Below are positions 1 to 9,210 of a DNA stretch of 64,000 bases, piece by piece. The translations under genes were made by a program, and so were the position numbers. The DNA comes from a virus (Duplodnaviria; Caudoviricetes). The stretch is from IMG/VR virus record IMGVR_UViG_3300021255_002065, positions 32,001 through 96,000 of that record, one strand, 5' to 3'. Under the pieces are notes generated by a model. The model made no database searches. It saw only the letters and a list, made by a program, of their open reading frames with translations, and was not told where the DNA came from. Each line of letters starts with the position of its first letter. Within the stretch, counting starts at the first letter, position 1.

Positions 1-2
1 AA

Positions 3-653
3 TTCCGTGAGTTTGCATATACGGATTTTATCAACTTCTTGTTGTATAATATGCGAGATACTGTGGTACAAAAAGCAATTGAGTTTAACTGTGGAGATTG
101 TGGTGCATTTGCCTCTCGGTCATATTCTTTCTGTACCCAATTCTCCAAGTGTTTCCAAGAAACGCATATTGTGCGAGATTCTCGTGAATACTACTTTGAG
201 AAAGAGCAATATGTACAAGCTTGTCGTCTGTTAGTACCTCCTGGAATTGATACTGCCTATGAAGGAGCATATGTTGCCGACCCAGCATTGAACAATTGTG
301 TGGGATTAATCATTAATGGCAAGAAAACTAATAAAGTGATATATGGAGCGTTAGATGCAGATGCCGCTTCCTATTATCCATCCACGAAAATGGGTGAGAA
401 TCAAGACCCCATGTCATTGGAATATAAAGTCATTGTGAATAACGAAGAAATATGGTTGAACGGTTCTCACAAGAATCGTTCTTTCAATCAAGAATATTGG
501 TGGTTTGATTCTGATGGAGGTAGACACAAAAAGGACCTCAGTGGTCAAATCATCAACTCATATAAGAATGGCAATATTGCATCTACGATGTACAATTGGT
601 TTAATGCACCAAGCATCACAGATGTATTTGCTTATCTTGATGCCAATTTATAA
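3..653 (+). CDS. Family B DNA polymerase, C-terminal end of the exonuclease/motif-A subunit of a split phage polymerase (5'-truncated by window)
   Basis: Frame is open from the window edge: FREFAYTDFINFLLYNMRD (ExoIII YNxxD), then YEGAYV and DADAASYYPS (PolB motif A). The ORF ends without motifs B/C. Confidence 0.8.
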   Translation, partial: FREFAYTDFINFLLYNMRDTVVQKAIEFNCGDCGAFASRSYSFCTQFSKCFQETHIVRDSREYYFEKEQYVQACRLLVPPGIDTAYEGAYVADPALNNCVGLIINGKKTNKVIYGALDADAASYYPSTKMGENQDPMSLEYKVIVNNEEIWLNGSHKNRSFNQEYWWFDSDGGRHKKDLSGQIINSYKNGNIASTMYNWFNAPSITDVFAYLDANL

Positions 654-673
654 GAAAAGGAGAAATGTGAATT

Positions 674-2938
674 ATGAATGAAGAAAGAATTGAGAATGTG
701 GAAATGTATCCAATCTCCACAAATTATTGCATGCTTTACGGTGTAAACGTTAACGTACAGCGTGCAATCCCTGAAGTGTATGATGGATTGAAACCCGTTC
801 AGCGTAGATTGTTGTATACCATGTTAAAGACTCATGGTAAAGGTCAAACGGAATCCGTGGCAACACTTGGTGGTGCTGTATTGAAGTATCATCCCCATGG
901 TGATTTGGGGATGAGAGACATCATTGCAAATATGGCACAAGACTTCTCCAATAACATTCCATTGCTTGTTGCACATGGAAATGCTGGCACAAAAGATACC
1001 GGCAACAATGCCAGTGCGGGAAGATATTGGAAAGTGTCCGTGTCTGAATTTGCATATGATGTATTGTTTGATGAATTTGATGGTAAGGTAGATATGAAAT
1101 CGAACTATGATAACACGGCAGAAGAACCCATCAGATTCCCGGCGAAATTCCCATTGATTCTGTTGAATGGTTCAATGGGGATTGGATACACCTTGTCCTC
1201 GGATATCTATCCCTATAACCTGAGTGAAATTGCAGATGCCACAATTAAGCTATTGAAGAATCCGAAAGCGAACATCCGTTTGGTACCGGATTCCCCAACT
1301 GGATGTGATATCATTATTAAAGATGAAGAGTCCTTTTGGATGCAGTCTTCCTTTGATGTGGATAATGTGAATTATACTATCACATTCACCAACACCCCAT
1401 ACAAGGAATTCTTAACCAAGATTAATAAGAAGCTTTGTGAAATCCAAGATTCTAATAATCCCATTCCGGAGATTATATCAGCAGATAATGAATCAGACTT
1501 GGTTCATGATAAGCTGAAATATACGATTCGTTGTAAACCGTGCAATCTGTATCAGGTATTAAACAAACTCTTCAAACGTGTGGATGGTTTACGAATTGCC
1601 ATCTCTACCAGAAACATGTTGGTGGTAGATAATGGTATGAATCACAAGTATACTATCAAACAGATTCTGTTGGCATGGATTCGTGCTCGTATCCAGTCCA
1701 AACGTGCATGGTTCCTCAGAAAGACGGTTCAGTTGAAGACGGATATCAACATGCTGGAAGGTAAAATGTTCATGTTATCTCCTAAGAATCTACAGATTAC
1801 CATCAAGACATTTAAGGATTGTAAAACCAAAGATGATATCGTTCCAGCACTGGTTGATGTATTCCATCCAAATGTATCAACATCACAAGCAAGATACATG
1901 ATGGATGTGAAGATGTATCAACTTACGCATGAAGAATTCTTGAAGACAGAAAAGAAGATTGCAGAACTGACAGAAGAGCTTAATAGAATTGAGGAAATCG
2001 TAAAGGACCCCCAGAAGATTAATGATGAAATTATCAATGAAATCAAACAAATCAAACAGAAGTATGGATATCCCAGAAGAAGTAAGATTATCAATGCAAA
2101 TACATCTGATGTGGTAAATATCGGATGTGTACAAATCTTACCAGATGGCAGTTTCATCTTAACAGAAACAGAGAATCCTGAACACTTATCATCGGATGTG
2201 ATTCCCATTCAGGGTGATGAGGTTTGTCTCATTGATGAAAAGGGACAGTTTGTTTGGTTAGATACGACAAAGCTGTCCCACAATACCAAGTTCACATTAA
2301 CTTCCGTTGGTAAAGTGCAAATGGGTAAATGCATCATGGCAGTATCCAACACTTCCCATAAGATTGCCATCTTGTCCAACAAAGGTAGAATCAAGTATAT
2401 GCCAATTGATAAACTGCAAGTGAATACGAAGAAACCACTCATTCCATTGGATGCAGATGAAGAGATTGTGTCCATTCTGGATATTGCGGATGAACATTGT
2501 GACATCCTCATGTATACGCCAGATGGATATGGAAAACGATTCAATGTATCCGAACTGAATGAGGTTGCATCATTGGATTCTGTTGGTCAGTTCATTATGA
2601 AGGAAGACCATGGTGCATCTGGCATGTTCATGCTCAATCCCAAGAAGCCACTTCTTATGTATGTAACAAGACTTGGTAGAATGAGATTGAATGAATCCAG
2701 ATTCCTCATATCCGGTAAGAAGTTTGGGAACACACAACCTCTCATCAAGTTATCTGCCAATGATGATTTGATTGCAGTATTGTGTGTGACCAAGGAACAA
2801 ACCATCACTCTGAATCATGCTGACTCCAGAGTCACAACGGTGCATGTAGACAGTATTGACCCGACTACCATGAGCATGCCACCGGTTCGTCCGAAGCATG
2901 TACCTGGTGTCAAAGTCATCAGAGCATTCGTATCATAA
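674..2938 (+). CDS. gyrA: Type IIA topoisomerase subunit A (GyrA/ParC-like)
   Basis: RAIPxxxDGLKPVQRR, YHPHGD, catalytic SAGRY, P.LLLNGSxGIG and a degenerate C-terminal beta-pinwheel. No clear GyrA-box, so it may be ParC-like in function. Confidence 0.9.
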   Translation: MNEERIENVEMYPISTNYCMLYGVNVNVQRAIPEVYDGLKPVQRRLLYTMLKTHGKGQTESVATLGGAVLKYHPHGDLGMRDIIANMAQDFSNNIPLLVAHGNAGTKDTGNNASAGRYWKVSVSEFAYDVLFDEFDGKVDMKSNYDNTAEEPIRFPAKFPLILLNGSMGIGYTLSSDIYPYNLSEIADATIKLLKNPKANIRLVPDSPTGCDIIIKDEESFWMQSSFDVDNVNYTITFTNTPYKEFLTKINKKLCEIQDSNNPIPEIISADNESDLVHDKLKYTIRCKPCNLYQVLNKLFKRVDGLRIAISTRNMLVVDNGMNHKYTIKQILLAWIRARIQSKRAWFLRKTVQLKTDINMLEGKMFMLSPKNLQITIKTFKDCKTKDDIVPALVDVFHPNVSTSQARYMMDVKMYQLTHEEFLKTEKKIAELTEELNRIEEIVKDPQKINDEIINEIKQIKQKYGYPRRSKIINANTSDVVNIGCVQILPDGSFILTETENPEHLSSDVIPIQGDEVCLIDEKGQFVWLDTTKLSHNTKFTLTSVGKVQMGKCIMAVSNTSHKIAILSNKGRIKYMPIDKLQVNTKKPLIPLDADEEIVSILDIADEHCDILMYTPDGYGKRFNVSELNEVASLDSVGQFIMKEDHGASGMFMLNPKKPLLMYVTRLGRMRLNESRFLISGKKFGNTQPLIKLSANDDLIAVLCVTKEQTITLNHADSRVTTVHVDSIDPTTMSMPPVRPKHVPGVKVIRAFVS

Positions 2939-2945
2939 ACGATAA

Positions 2946-2969
2946 GATGCCCGGGATATCCCGGGCATC
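2946..2969. terminator. Perfect palindrome / hairpin after gyrA
   Basis: GATGCCCGGGATATCCCGGGCATC. Confidence 0.6.
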
Positions 2970-2993
2970 ACACATTTTGAAAGGGGTTTTATC

Positions 2994-3728
2994 ATGACAA
3001 ATTTTGATATGGTGATGACATCAATCGCCGATTTCATGGATGAATGCTTGGAGAAGGTGACCAAAGAAGAACCGCTTAAATCTAAACTGAAGGAATTGAA
3101 ATATGGTCTGACATGTAACAGATTTCTCATACCAGACTATGCATTCTTTACAAATGAAATGGAGCGAATGCGAAATGAACGTGTTGAACTTGAAATAGCC
3201 GATGAAGAAATCGATAAAGATATCAATGAAGAATTGGTAAGATGTATTCGTGAAAGAGATTGCTTGAATCGAGAATGTTCAGCGAGAACACATGCTACCA
3301 TAAAGAGATATGATGAAGATGTTTGTGTGGTAAATAATATCTCAATCTATATATCTTCGGATGATATTTGTAGAACTATGTGTGATCATCCTGAATGCAG
3401 CGTGGGAGATATCATCGACCATTATAAATTGACTGTTCGTCATGAGTTTGGTCACTTCATTGACTATGTGATGTTAAATGGTGCAAGTTATTTAGAGTTT
3501 AAGAAACGTTTAGAAGAGGAAGCGGAAATCAGTAAAGGCGTTTATAGAAGGATAGATGAACTTAGAGAGAAAGCTGGTAATGACGAAGACATTTCCGGAC
3601 GGGATTTGGCCTACACATGCAATCGAATGTATTATGAAGAAATACCAGCGGAAAAGAGAGCAAACGAATATGCTAAGTTTACTCCAGAAGAATTGGAGAG
3701 ATTATATACAAACGATCATTTGAACTGA
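2994..3728 (+). CDS. Putative zinc metallopeptidase (HEXXH)
   Basis: VRHEFGH plus downstream AEKRANEYA, as in ImmA/IrrE-like zincins. Confidence 0.6.
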   Translation: MTNFDMVMTSIADFMDECLEKVTKEEPLKSKLKELKYGLTCNRFLIPDYAFFTNEMERMRNERVELEIADEEIDKDINEELVRCIRERDCLNRECSARTHATIKRYDEDVCVVNNISIYISSDDICRTMCDHPECSVGDIIDHYKLTVRHEFGHFIDYVMLNGASYLEFKKRLEEEAEISKGVYRRIDELREKAGNDEDISGRDLAYTCNRMYYEEIPAEKRANEYAKFTPEELERLYTNDHLN

Positions 3729-3766
3729 CAAATTAGATTTTTAATTAGAAAGGTAGGTGATGCCAC

Positions 3767-5316
3767 ATGTCAACCGGATTTGAAATTAGAGTATATGCAA
3801 CCAGTGTTCGTATCTATCCTGGAAGAGAGGCTGTTGAACCTCTCTCTCCACTCATTAACTTATTAACGTATGAGGATGAGTTTCAGGAGATGACAAAGAC
3901 ACTTGGATATATTCTCGATGAAGAACAAGACTTATTGTATTTCCATAAAGGTGTGGATATCTCATATATCCATCGTCTATTGGGGAATGCAAAAGTTGTT
4001 CACATGCCAGCAGATGATGCTCGTCATATGCAATTTGAATACGAGGAAATTGTTCCACCACGTAACAATGAGCAAGTGGATTGTATTAATTTCATTATGG
4101 GAATCAATCAGCATAAAGGCAACGAGAATGACCGCCAGATATTCTTAGTAAAGAACCCCGGTTTTGGTTAACTGGCAAAACATTTTGTTCAGGTGTGGCA
4201 GCTTGTAGATATGGAGTGAAAACACTCATCATTATGCATCGAGATTCACTCCGAAAACAATGGTTGAATTCGTTGTATAAGATGTGTGGATTATCTGAAG
4301 ATGAGGTTCATGAAATTCAGGACTCTCAAGAAGTCTTCGACATTGTCCATGATAACCATGAATTCGATTATGACATTTACTTGATGACACATGCAACATT
4401 CCGTGCAGGATTAAAGCGTGTCGGTAATTTCAGAGAGATGTCAAATTTAACTAAGAATCTTGGGATTGGATTGAAGATTATTGATGAAGCACATTTGGAA
4501 TTTCGTGATACACTACTCATGGATTTTGTATTTAATGTGCAACGAAATCTATATCTGACAGCGACAGATGGTAGAAGTACCAAAGCAGAGAACTCCATCT
4601 TCAAACATGTCTTTGCCAATACCACATTCTACCGTCCATCCACATTGTTAACATCTAACCAACCATCTAAATGGGTGGAATATAACATGGTGCAACTAAA
4701 CACACATGCCAAACAAAACATTGTTCGGTATCGTGTAGAGGGTGGTAGAGGAATGAATCCTGCCACGTATGGGAAATGGGTAATTGCTTATGATAAGAAA
4801 CAGACCCATTTCAAATGTTGCCGAGATATTCTCAAGATGATTTATGAGAAAGACCCTTCCGCTAAGGTATTATTGTTCATGCCATTGATTGACTTATGTA
4901 CCGAATGTTCTTACTTCTTAACGAAGAATCTGAACTATGATGAATCATTCGCATATGACTTAACCATTCGAACAATTAATTCCAAGAATACGAAAGCAGA
5001 GAATGAAGAGAACAAACATGCAGATGTGATTGTGACAACAGTTGCATCATGTGGTACTGGTACGGATATTCCCGGAATAACCGATATCATCAATTGTTCT
5101 CCATTTGTATCTCAAGTAACAGCCAAGCAAGTATTCGGTAGAATTCGTTATTGTGGAAAAGATTGTCACTTCTATGATGTCTATGATGCTTCTGTCAGAA
5201 TGGATGGATACTGGATCAAGAGTCGTTCCAAGGTATTTAAACAATTAGCCACGAAGACGAATTATATCGCATGGGAACCTGATGACGAAGAATATTCCGA
5301 GAAAAATCAAATTTGA
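3767..5316 (+). CDS. SF2 DEAH helicase (UvsW-like), interrupted at 4169-4176 within Walker A
   Basis: ORF 3767-4171 ends KNPGFG-stop. The next frame resumes GKTFCSG and contains IIDEAH, LTAT, GTDIPG and QVFGRIR. Joined length is ~513 aa. Confidence 0.85.
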
Positions 5317-5350
5317 TATATATATCATTTATATGATATAGCAATATATC
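5315..5350 (+). promoter_or_regulatory. Putative phage early promoter (TATATA-NN-ATTW-NNN-TG)
   Basis: Near-identical to 41652-41687; related copies at 43945-43970 and 38591-38620 (minus). Confidence 0.6.
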
Positions 5351-5397
5351 ATTCCTAATCATAATATCAAAAAATGAAAATGAAGGAGGAATTAATT

Positions 5398-5877
5398 ATG
5401 TTAGGAAAAATTGCAGCAGGTTTATTCGGTGTGGCAGTCGGCGCAGAGATTGTAAAGGATGCAGTTAAAGAAACATCTAACGACAGAATCTATGTTGTAC
5501 CTGAAAGCCCCCAACCGCAATACCATCAGGGTGGTAGACCTGTATATCGCGGCACTTACAGCACCACAACGCCGCCTGTACAGCAGCGCTACGTCATTCA
5601 TCAGGAGACGCTCGACGTCCTTGATGATATGAAGCATGTTTGCAATTTCAAAGCCCATTCTGTGGGCAGAGAGATTGCATACCAGATTCACGAAGGATGT
5701 GAATCTGGTTGGCATGGATATTATCCGTGCTCATGCCTTGCCCGCCGTGAACTTCGCGACCTTGCAAGACTTGTAGGAGTATACGGAGTACACCCGCATG
5801 ACGGTGATGCGGCATATCGCCGCCTTTATAGCCGCATCATGGATTTCATTAACACTAGATGTGACATTATCTGGTAA
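5398..5877 (+). CDS. Hypothetical early protein with N-terminal hydrophobic segment
   Basis: AAGGAGG RBS, GC-richer codon usage than flanks, own promoter motif and terminator. Confidence 0.7.
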   Translation: MLGKIAAGLFGVAVGAEIVKDAVKETSNDRIYVVPESPQPQYHQGGRPVYRGTYSTTTPPVQQRYVIHQETLDVLDDMKHVCNFKAHSVGREIAYQIHEGCESGWHGYYPCSCLARRELRDLARLVGVYGVHPHDGDAAYRRLYSRIMDFINTRCDIIW

Positions 5878-5993
5878 ATTATGAAAGCCATCACCGTGTA
5901 GGTGAACCCTCAGCAATAGTTGAGGCCGCCGATAGGTAATCCGACATCCGAACATCCACACAGGATGGGTTATCAATTGATAACCCATCCCAC

Positions 5994-6034
5994 AAAGAAA
6001 ATCATGATCCTGTCTGCGCCATGATTTTCTTTTT
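5994..6034 (+). terminator. Intrinsic terminator
   Basis: AAGAAAATCATG..CATGATTTTCTTTTT stem with T tract; preceded by a 28-bp perfect palindrome at 5963-5990. Confidence 0.6.
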
Positions 6035-6051
6035 ATCCGAAAGGAGTATTT

Positions 6052-6417
6052 ATGAGAGCAAAAGCAACAACAGCCAATGGAATGTTATCAACTTATAAAT
6101 GTATTGGCATGGCATGTGTGGTTGGTACATCGTTTGCTTCGATGTTGATTCCAATGCAATTGTCAAATCAGTTTAACATTCCAATCACAACAGCAAGAAT
6201 CATCACATTCTTATTGACATCGATTACATCATATGGTATTCTTAATCACATCCAACAGATTTGGTTGGAAGCACACAATCGTTTGTTGGCTAAAGAAGCA
6301 TATGATATTCAACAAGCATTGAAAGAATGTGGACGTATTGATATTGAAGACATTGATACAGTCATTAAAACATTACAGATTATCAAGGATGCAACAAATC
6401 CAAATCAGAATAAATAA
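6052..6417 (+). CDS. Hypothetical membrane protein
   Basis: AAAGGAG RBS, two hydrophobic segments. Confidence 0.65.
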   Translation: MRAKATTANGMLSTYKCIGMACVVGTSFASMLIPMQLSNQFNIPITTARIITFLLTSITSYGILNHIQQIWLEAHNRLLAKEAYDIQQALKECGRIDIEDIDTVIKTLQIIKDATNPNQNK

Positions 6418-6420
6418 CAC

Positions 6421-6440
6421 ACGGGGGCATATGCCCCCGT
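6421..6440. terminator. Bidirectional palindromic terminator
   Basis: ACGGGGGCATATGCCCCCGT between convergent genes. Confidence 0.7.
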
Positions 6441-6448
6441 CCTTAATA

Positions 6449-6961
6449 TTATTCTGAATCTTCTGTAAATCCTTGCGGTGGTGTATCCGGTGCATCATTT
6501 TCAGCATCCATAAATTGTTGAACAAATTTGGGTGGCTTTCTAAATTTAGGAAATTGAATATTGGGTTCTCTTGCCAAGAGTTCTTTCTCCAACCATTCCT
6601 GATATCGCATCGAGTCATACACAACCCATGACATCAATTGGTTGATCTGTGTCTCGAGATTTCCTACCTGTTGTTTCAATCTCTGCTCAAGTAATTCATT
6701 TTGCTGACGTAATTCCTTGAGCTCTTCCGTCCTACTTTCAAACTCCTGTTTGTATGTATCCGAAAGCTCCAACATTCGCTTTTGGATATGGTCGTCTATC
6801 TTGATTTTGGTATCAGCTTCAGCATCCGATACCTGTTGTCGGAGTTGTGCAATTTCCGCAGCATTCTTCTTTCGTTGGAAGATGGTTGTGATGACTGAGC
6901 CAACTCCTCCGGAGCCGAGAACTGCAATAATTAAAGCGGTGATTTGTTCTGTATCAAACAT
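6449..6961 (-). CDS. Holin-like / membrane-anchored coiled-coil protein
   Basis: N-terminal TM ALIIAVLGSGGVGSVITTIF followed by RKK and a long coiled coil; RBS AAAGGAG before MFDTEQ. Confidence 0.55.
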   Translation of the reverse strand: MFDTEQITALIIAVLGSGGVGSVITTIFQRKKNAAEIAQLRQQVSDAEADTKIKIDDHIQKRMLELSDTYKQEFESRTEELKELRQQNELLEQRLKQQVGNLETQINQLMSWVVYDSMRYQEWLEKELLAREPNIQFPKFRKPPKFVQQFMDAENDAPDTPPQGFTEDSE

Positions 6962-7053
6962 AAAAATTCTCCTTTCGCGTGAATGACTAATGGGTGTTAC
7001 AATACCAAAATTATCATTCCGTGAAAGGACCACAATTAGAAAGGATTTTAATT

Positions 7054-7326
7054 ATGAATAAAAAGAATAGTGTCCGTGTAAAACTTGCCATGATTGGTAC
7101 AATTGCAATGATTGTTATCGTACTTATGATTATCAGTATCCGTACCGTACTTGTAGGACATGCATATGAATATGAATCCTCACATGTATATCCTGTCAGA
7201 ATTGATGATACGGCTGTGGTGCGTGATACGAATAAGTATGTAACCACATGGGATGGTGCCCACATTATCAAAATCGATGGCAAAAACGTTGAAGAAGATG
7301 AAACTGTATTGATTCTTGTCAGCTGA
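7054..7326 (+). CDS. Small membrane-anchored protein
   Basis: Basic N-terminus plus TM helix; RBS AAAGGA. Confidence 0.6.
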   Translation: MNKKNSVRVKLAMIGTIAMIVIVLMIISIRTVLVGHAYEYESSHVYPVRIDDTAVVRDTNKYVTTWDGAHIIKIDGKNVEEDETVLILVS

Positions 7327-7380
7327 ATCATTAACAGTTATATATCTGACAAATAAATTATATGAAAGAGGTAATCAAAA

Positions 7381-7629
7381 ATGGGTAGACACAAAAAGGG
7401 TCTGGCAATTGATATTATCATAATTGACAGACTTGGAAAAATGCAAGTAATTACTGAGGACGGTTCTGAGATGAAAACAACTCGTCAAGAACGTGCAATC
7501 CTCGGGAATTATAAAAGTGAGACATATGAAGAAGACATTAAGAGAATCTTCAATAATCCAAACATCATTGGTGAAGAATTCCGTGTTGTTTATGACGGAA
7601 AATATGTATACGGAAAACATGTTTGCTAA
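7381..7629 (+). CDS. Hypothetical protein
   Basis: RBS AGAGGT, 82-aa ORF. Confidence 0.6.
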   Translation: MGRHKKGLAIDIIIIDRLGKMQVITEDGSEMKTTRQERAILGNYKSETYEEDIKRIFNNPNIIGEEFRVVYDGKYVYGKHVC

Positions 7630-7691
7630 TCAAAATCAATCAGTGGACCCGGCATATGCCGGGTCCCAACATTTTTAAGGAGGAAATTATT

Positions 7692-7979
7692 ATGACAAAG
7701 AACGCAAGAAACCGTATGTGTGAGATTGATAATTGTATCTGCACAATTCCATTGACAGTTGATATCTCTCTTGTTATTATGGAGAGATGTGAAGACATGG
7801 TCAGAACATGCTTTTGTGATGACAGAACCTCGTCCATGTATGGATATAATCCGAGATGGACCAAACTCCGTTATTACAAAGAAGGAGATAAAACATCTTG
7901 CTTTATCCAGAGAGATGGTGTAAAGTACGACTTTCTCCAAGGAACAGATGGTAAAGATGACTTGAAATATGTCGGTTAA
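7692..7979 (+). CDS. Hypothetical protein
   Basis: RBS AAGGAGG before MTKNARN. Confidence 0.6.
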   Translation: MTKNARNRMCEIDNCICTIPLTVDISLVIMERCEDMVRTCFCDDRTSSMYGYNPRWTKLRYYKEGDKTSCFIQRDGVKYDFLQGTDGKDDLKYVG

Positions 7980-8257
7980 AAGTCATCTAACTTGTTCAGC
8001 TGTTTACCAACCTGATTGATACCCGTGGCTGATGCGCCACTGCTTATTCCAATAAAAATAGCTTCAACTAAATTCGTCCCCATGTCTACATCTTCCATGA
8101 AGTATCCGATGATACCAAGGAGCAATCCGAAGAAGATGGAGATAATGGGGATGTATTTTTTAATGTCAAATCCAAAAGTAGTTTTTGCTACGTAAATTAC
8201 AATGTTATCTAACATTGTGACAAACGATGTAATGGTAATGATACTGAATTGCATCAT
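7976..8257 (-). CDS. Phage holin
   Basis: Three TM segments with KKYIPIISIFFGLLLG and GISSGASATGINQVGKQL, typical of Firmicute phage holins. Confidence 0.8.
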   Translation of the reverse strand: MMQFSIITITSFVTMLDNIVIYVAKTTFGFDIKKYIPIISIFFGLLLGIIGYFMEDVDMGTNLVEAIFIGISSGASATGINQVGKQLNKLDDF

Positions 8258-8361
8258 ATAAATCATCCTTTCGTATATATAATATTTTATTGATATCGCG
8301 AGATATTTACATTTTCGTGATACACAATCAAATACAATTTATCAAATAGGAGGAATTCGTT

Positions 8362-8919
8362 ATGAACGAAGAACTGAAAACAACCGCACAGATGCTCGAT
8401 GAAGCATTGACAGAATCCACAGATACCATCGAGGTAGATGTATCAGATGTGGAACTGTACACACCGGAAGAAATTGAAGAAGAAGCAGATGACAAATTGG
8501 AAATCCATTTGGCATCCGGTACAAGTTTGACCATGAGTTATGAGTCCATGGATTGGGAATCCGTTTGGTTGAACAATGGTCCAACCATGTTAAACAATGT
8601 GCTTGCGATTATGGCAAAGGCACGTGATATGCGTCAAGCACCCATCGGTGATGAAAGAACTAATCTGGCGAATGAGATTATCGACCTCGTGCAGAACGCA
8701 TTCAAAGAGATGGGAGTACCTGAATTGGATTATTCCGGATTCATCTTTGAAACAAAGGCAGAAGAAGCATTACTGTATATGGAAGACTATGTCAGATTGG
8801 TGTCTGAACTCGTGCACATTGCACAGGTGGAGGTTATCATGAAGCCGACAGATGGCATGTCATTCGATGACATCATCGCAAAACTCTCCGACTCCATGAA
8901 GTTTGACAAAACAGAATAA
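8362..8919 (+). CDS. Acidic hypothetical protein
   Basis: AGGAGG RBS, 185-aa strongly acidic ORF. Confidence 0.7.
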   Translation: MNEELKTTAQMLDEALTESTDTIEVDVSDVELYTPEEIEEEADDKLEIHLASGTSLTMSYESMDWESVWLNNGPTMLNNVLAIMAKARDMRQAPIGDERTNLANEIIDLVQNAFKEMGVPELDYSGFIFETKAEEALLYMEDYVRLVSELVHIAQVEVIMKPTDGMSFDDIIAKLSDSMKFDKTE

Positions 8920-8925
8920 TGATAT

Positions 8926-8943
8926 GCGGGGCTTCGGCCCCGC
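8926..8943 (+). terminator. Hairpin terminator with cUUCGg tetraloop
   Basis: GCGGGGC-TTCG-GCCCCGC right after the stop codon. Confidence 0.75.
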
Positions 8944-8962
8944 TATCTTATACTTTTATTTC

Positions 8963-9127
8963 ATGAACAATTTTCACAGCACACAAACATTGAATGGAAA
9001 TCGGTTAGCAGGTATTTGTCATTTGGATGAATACGAAAGAATCATAATGGATTAAGCGGCAACTTAATCCATTCATTGGAACCCGTTTACGTATCCACAA
9101 TGCTTATGTGTTGTGATAATTGTTCAT
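8963..9127. ncRNA. Candidate ~165-nt structured ncRNA or inverted-repeat element
   Basis: 30-nt ends are imperfectly complementary, with an internal hairpin AATGGATTAAG..CTTAATCCATT. Sits in a non-coding gap between two terminator-like hairpins. Confidence 0.5.
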
Positions 9128-9210
9128 TTATAAATCAAGTAGCTTTAACTAAAATAATACATGGATTATGCTCCATGTATTATTTTTTTATTATAAAGGA
9201 GATATTTGTT

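Noticed and set aside
4163-4176. Group I micro-intron or simple -1 frameshift explaining the helicase break
   Set aside because: No 8-nt excision gives both a 5' exon ending in U and an intron ending in G, and there is no ribozyme core. A -1 slip would give PGFWLTGKT or KEPRFWLTGKT, destroying the Walker A spacing. Disfavoured but not strictly excluded.
9076-9210. N-terminal extension of ThyX given in the ORF track
   Set aside because: Overlaps the structured element and a terminator-like hairpin; the real RBS precedes the ATG at 9211.
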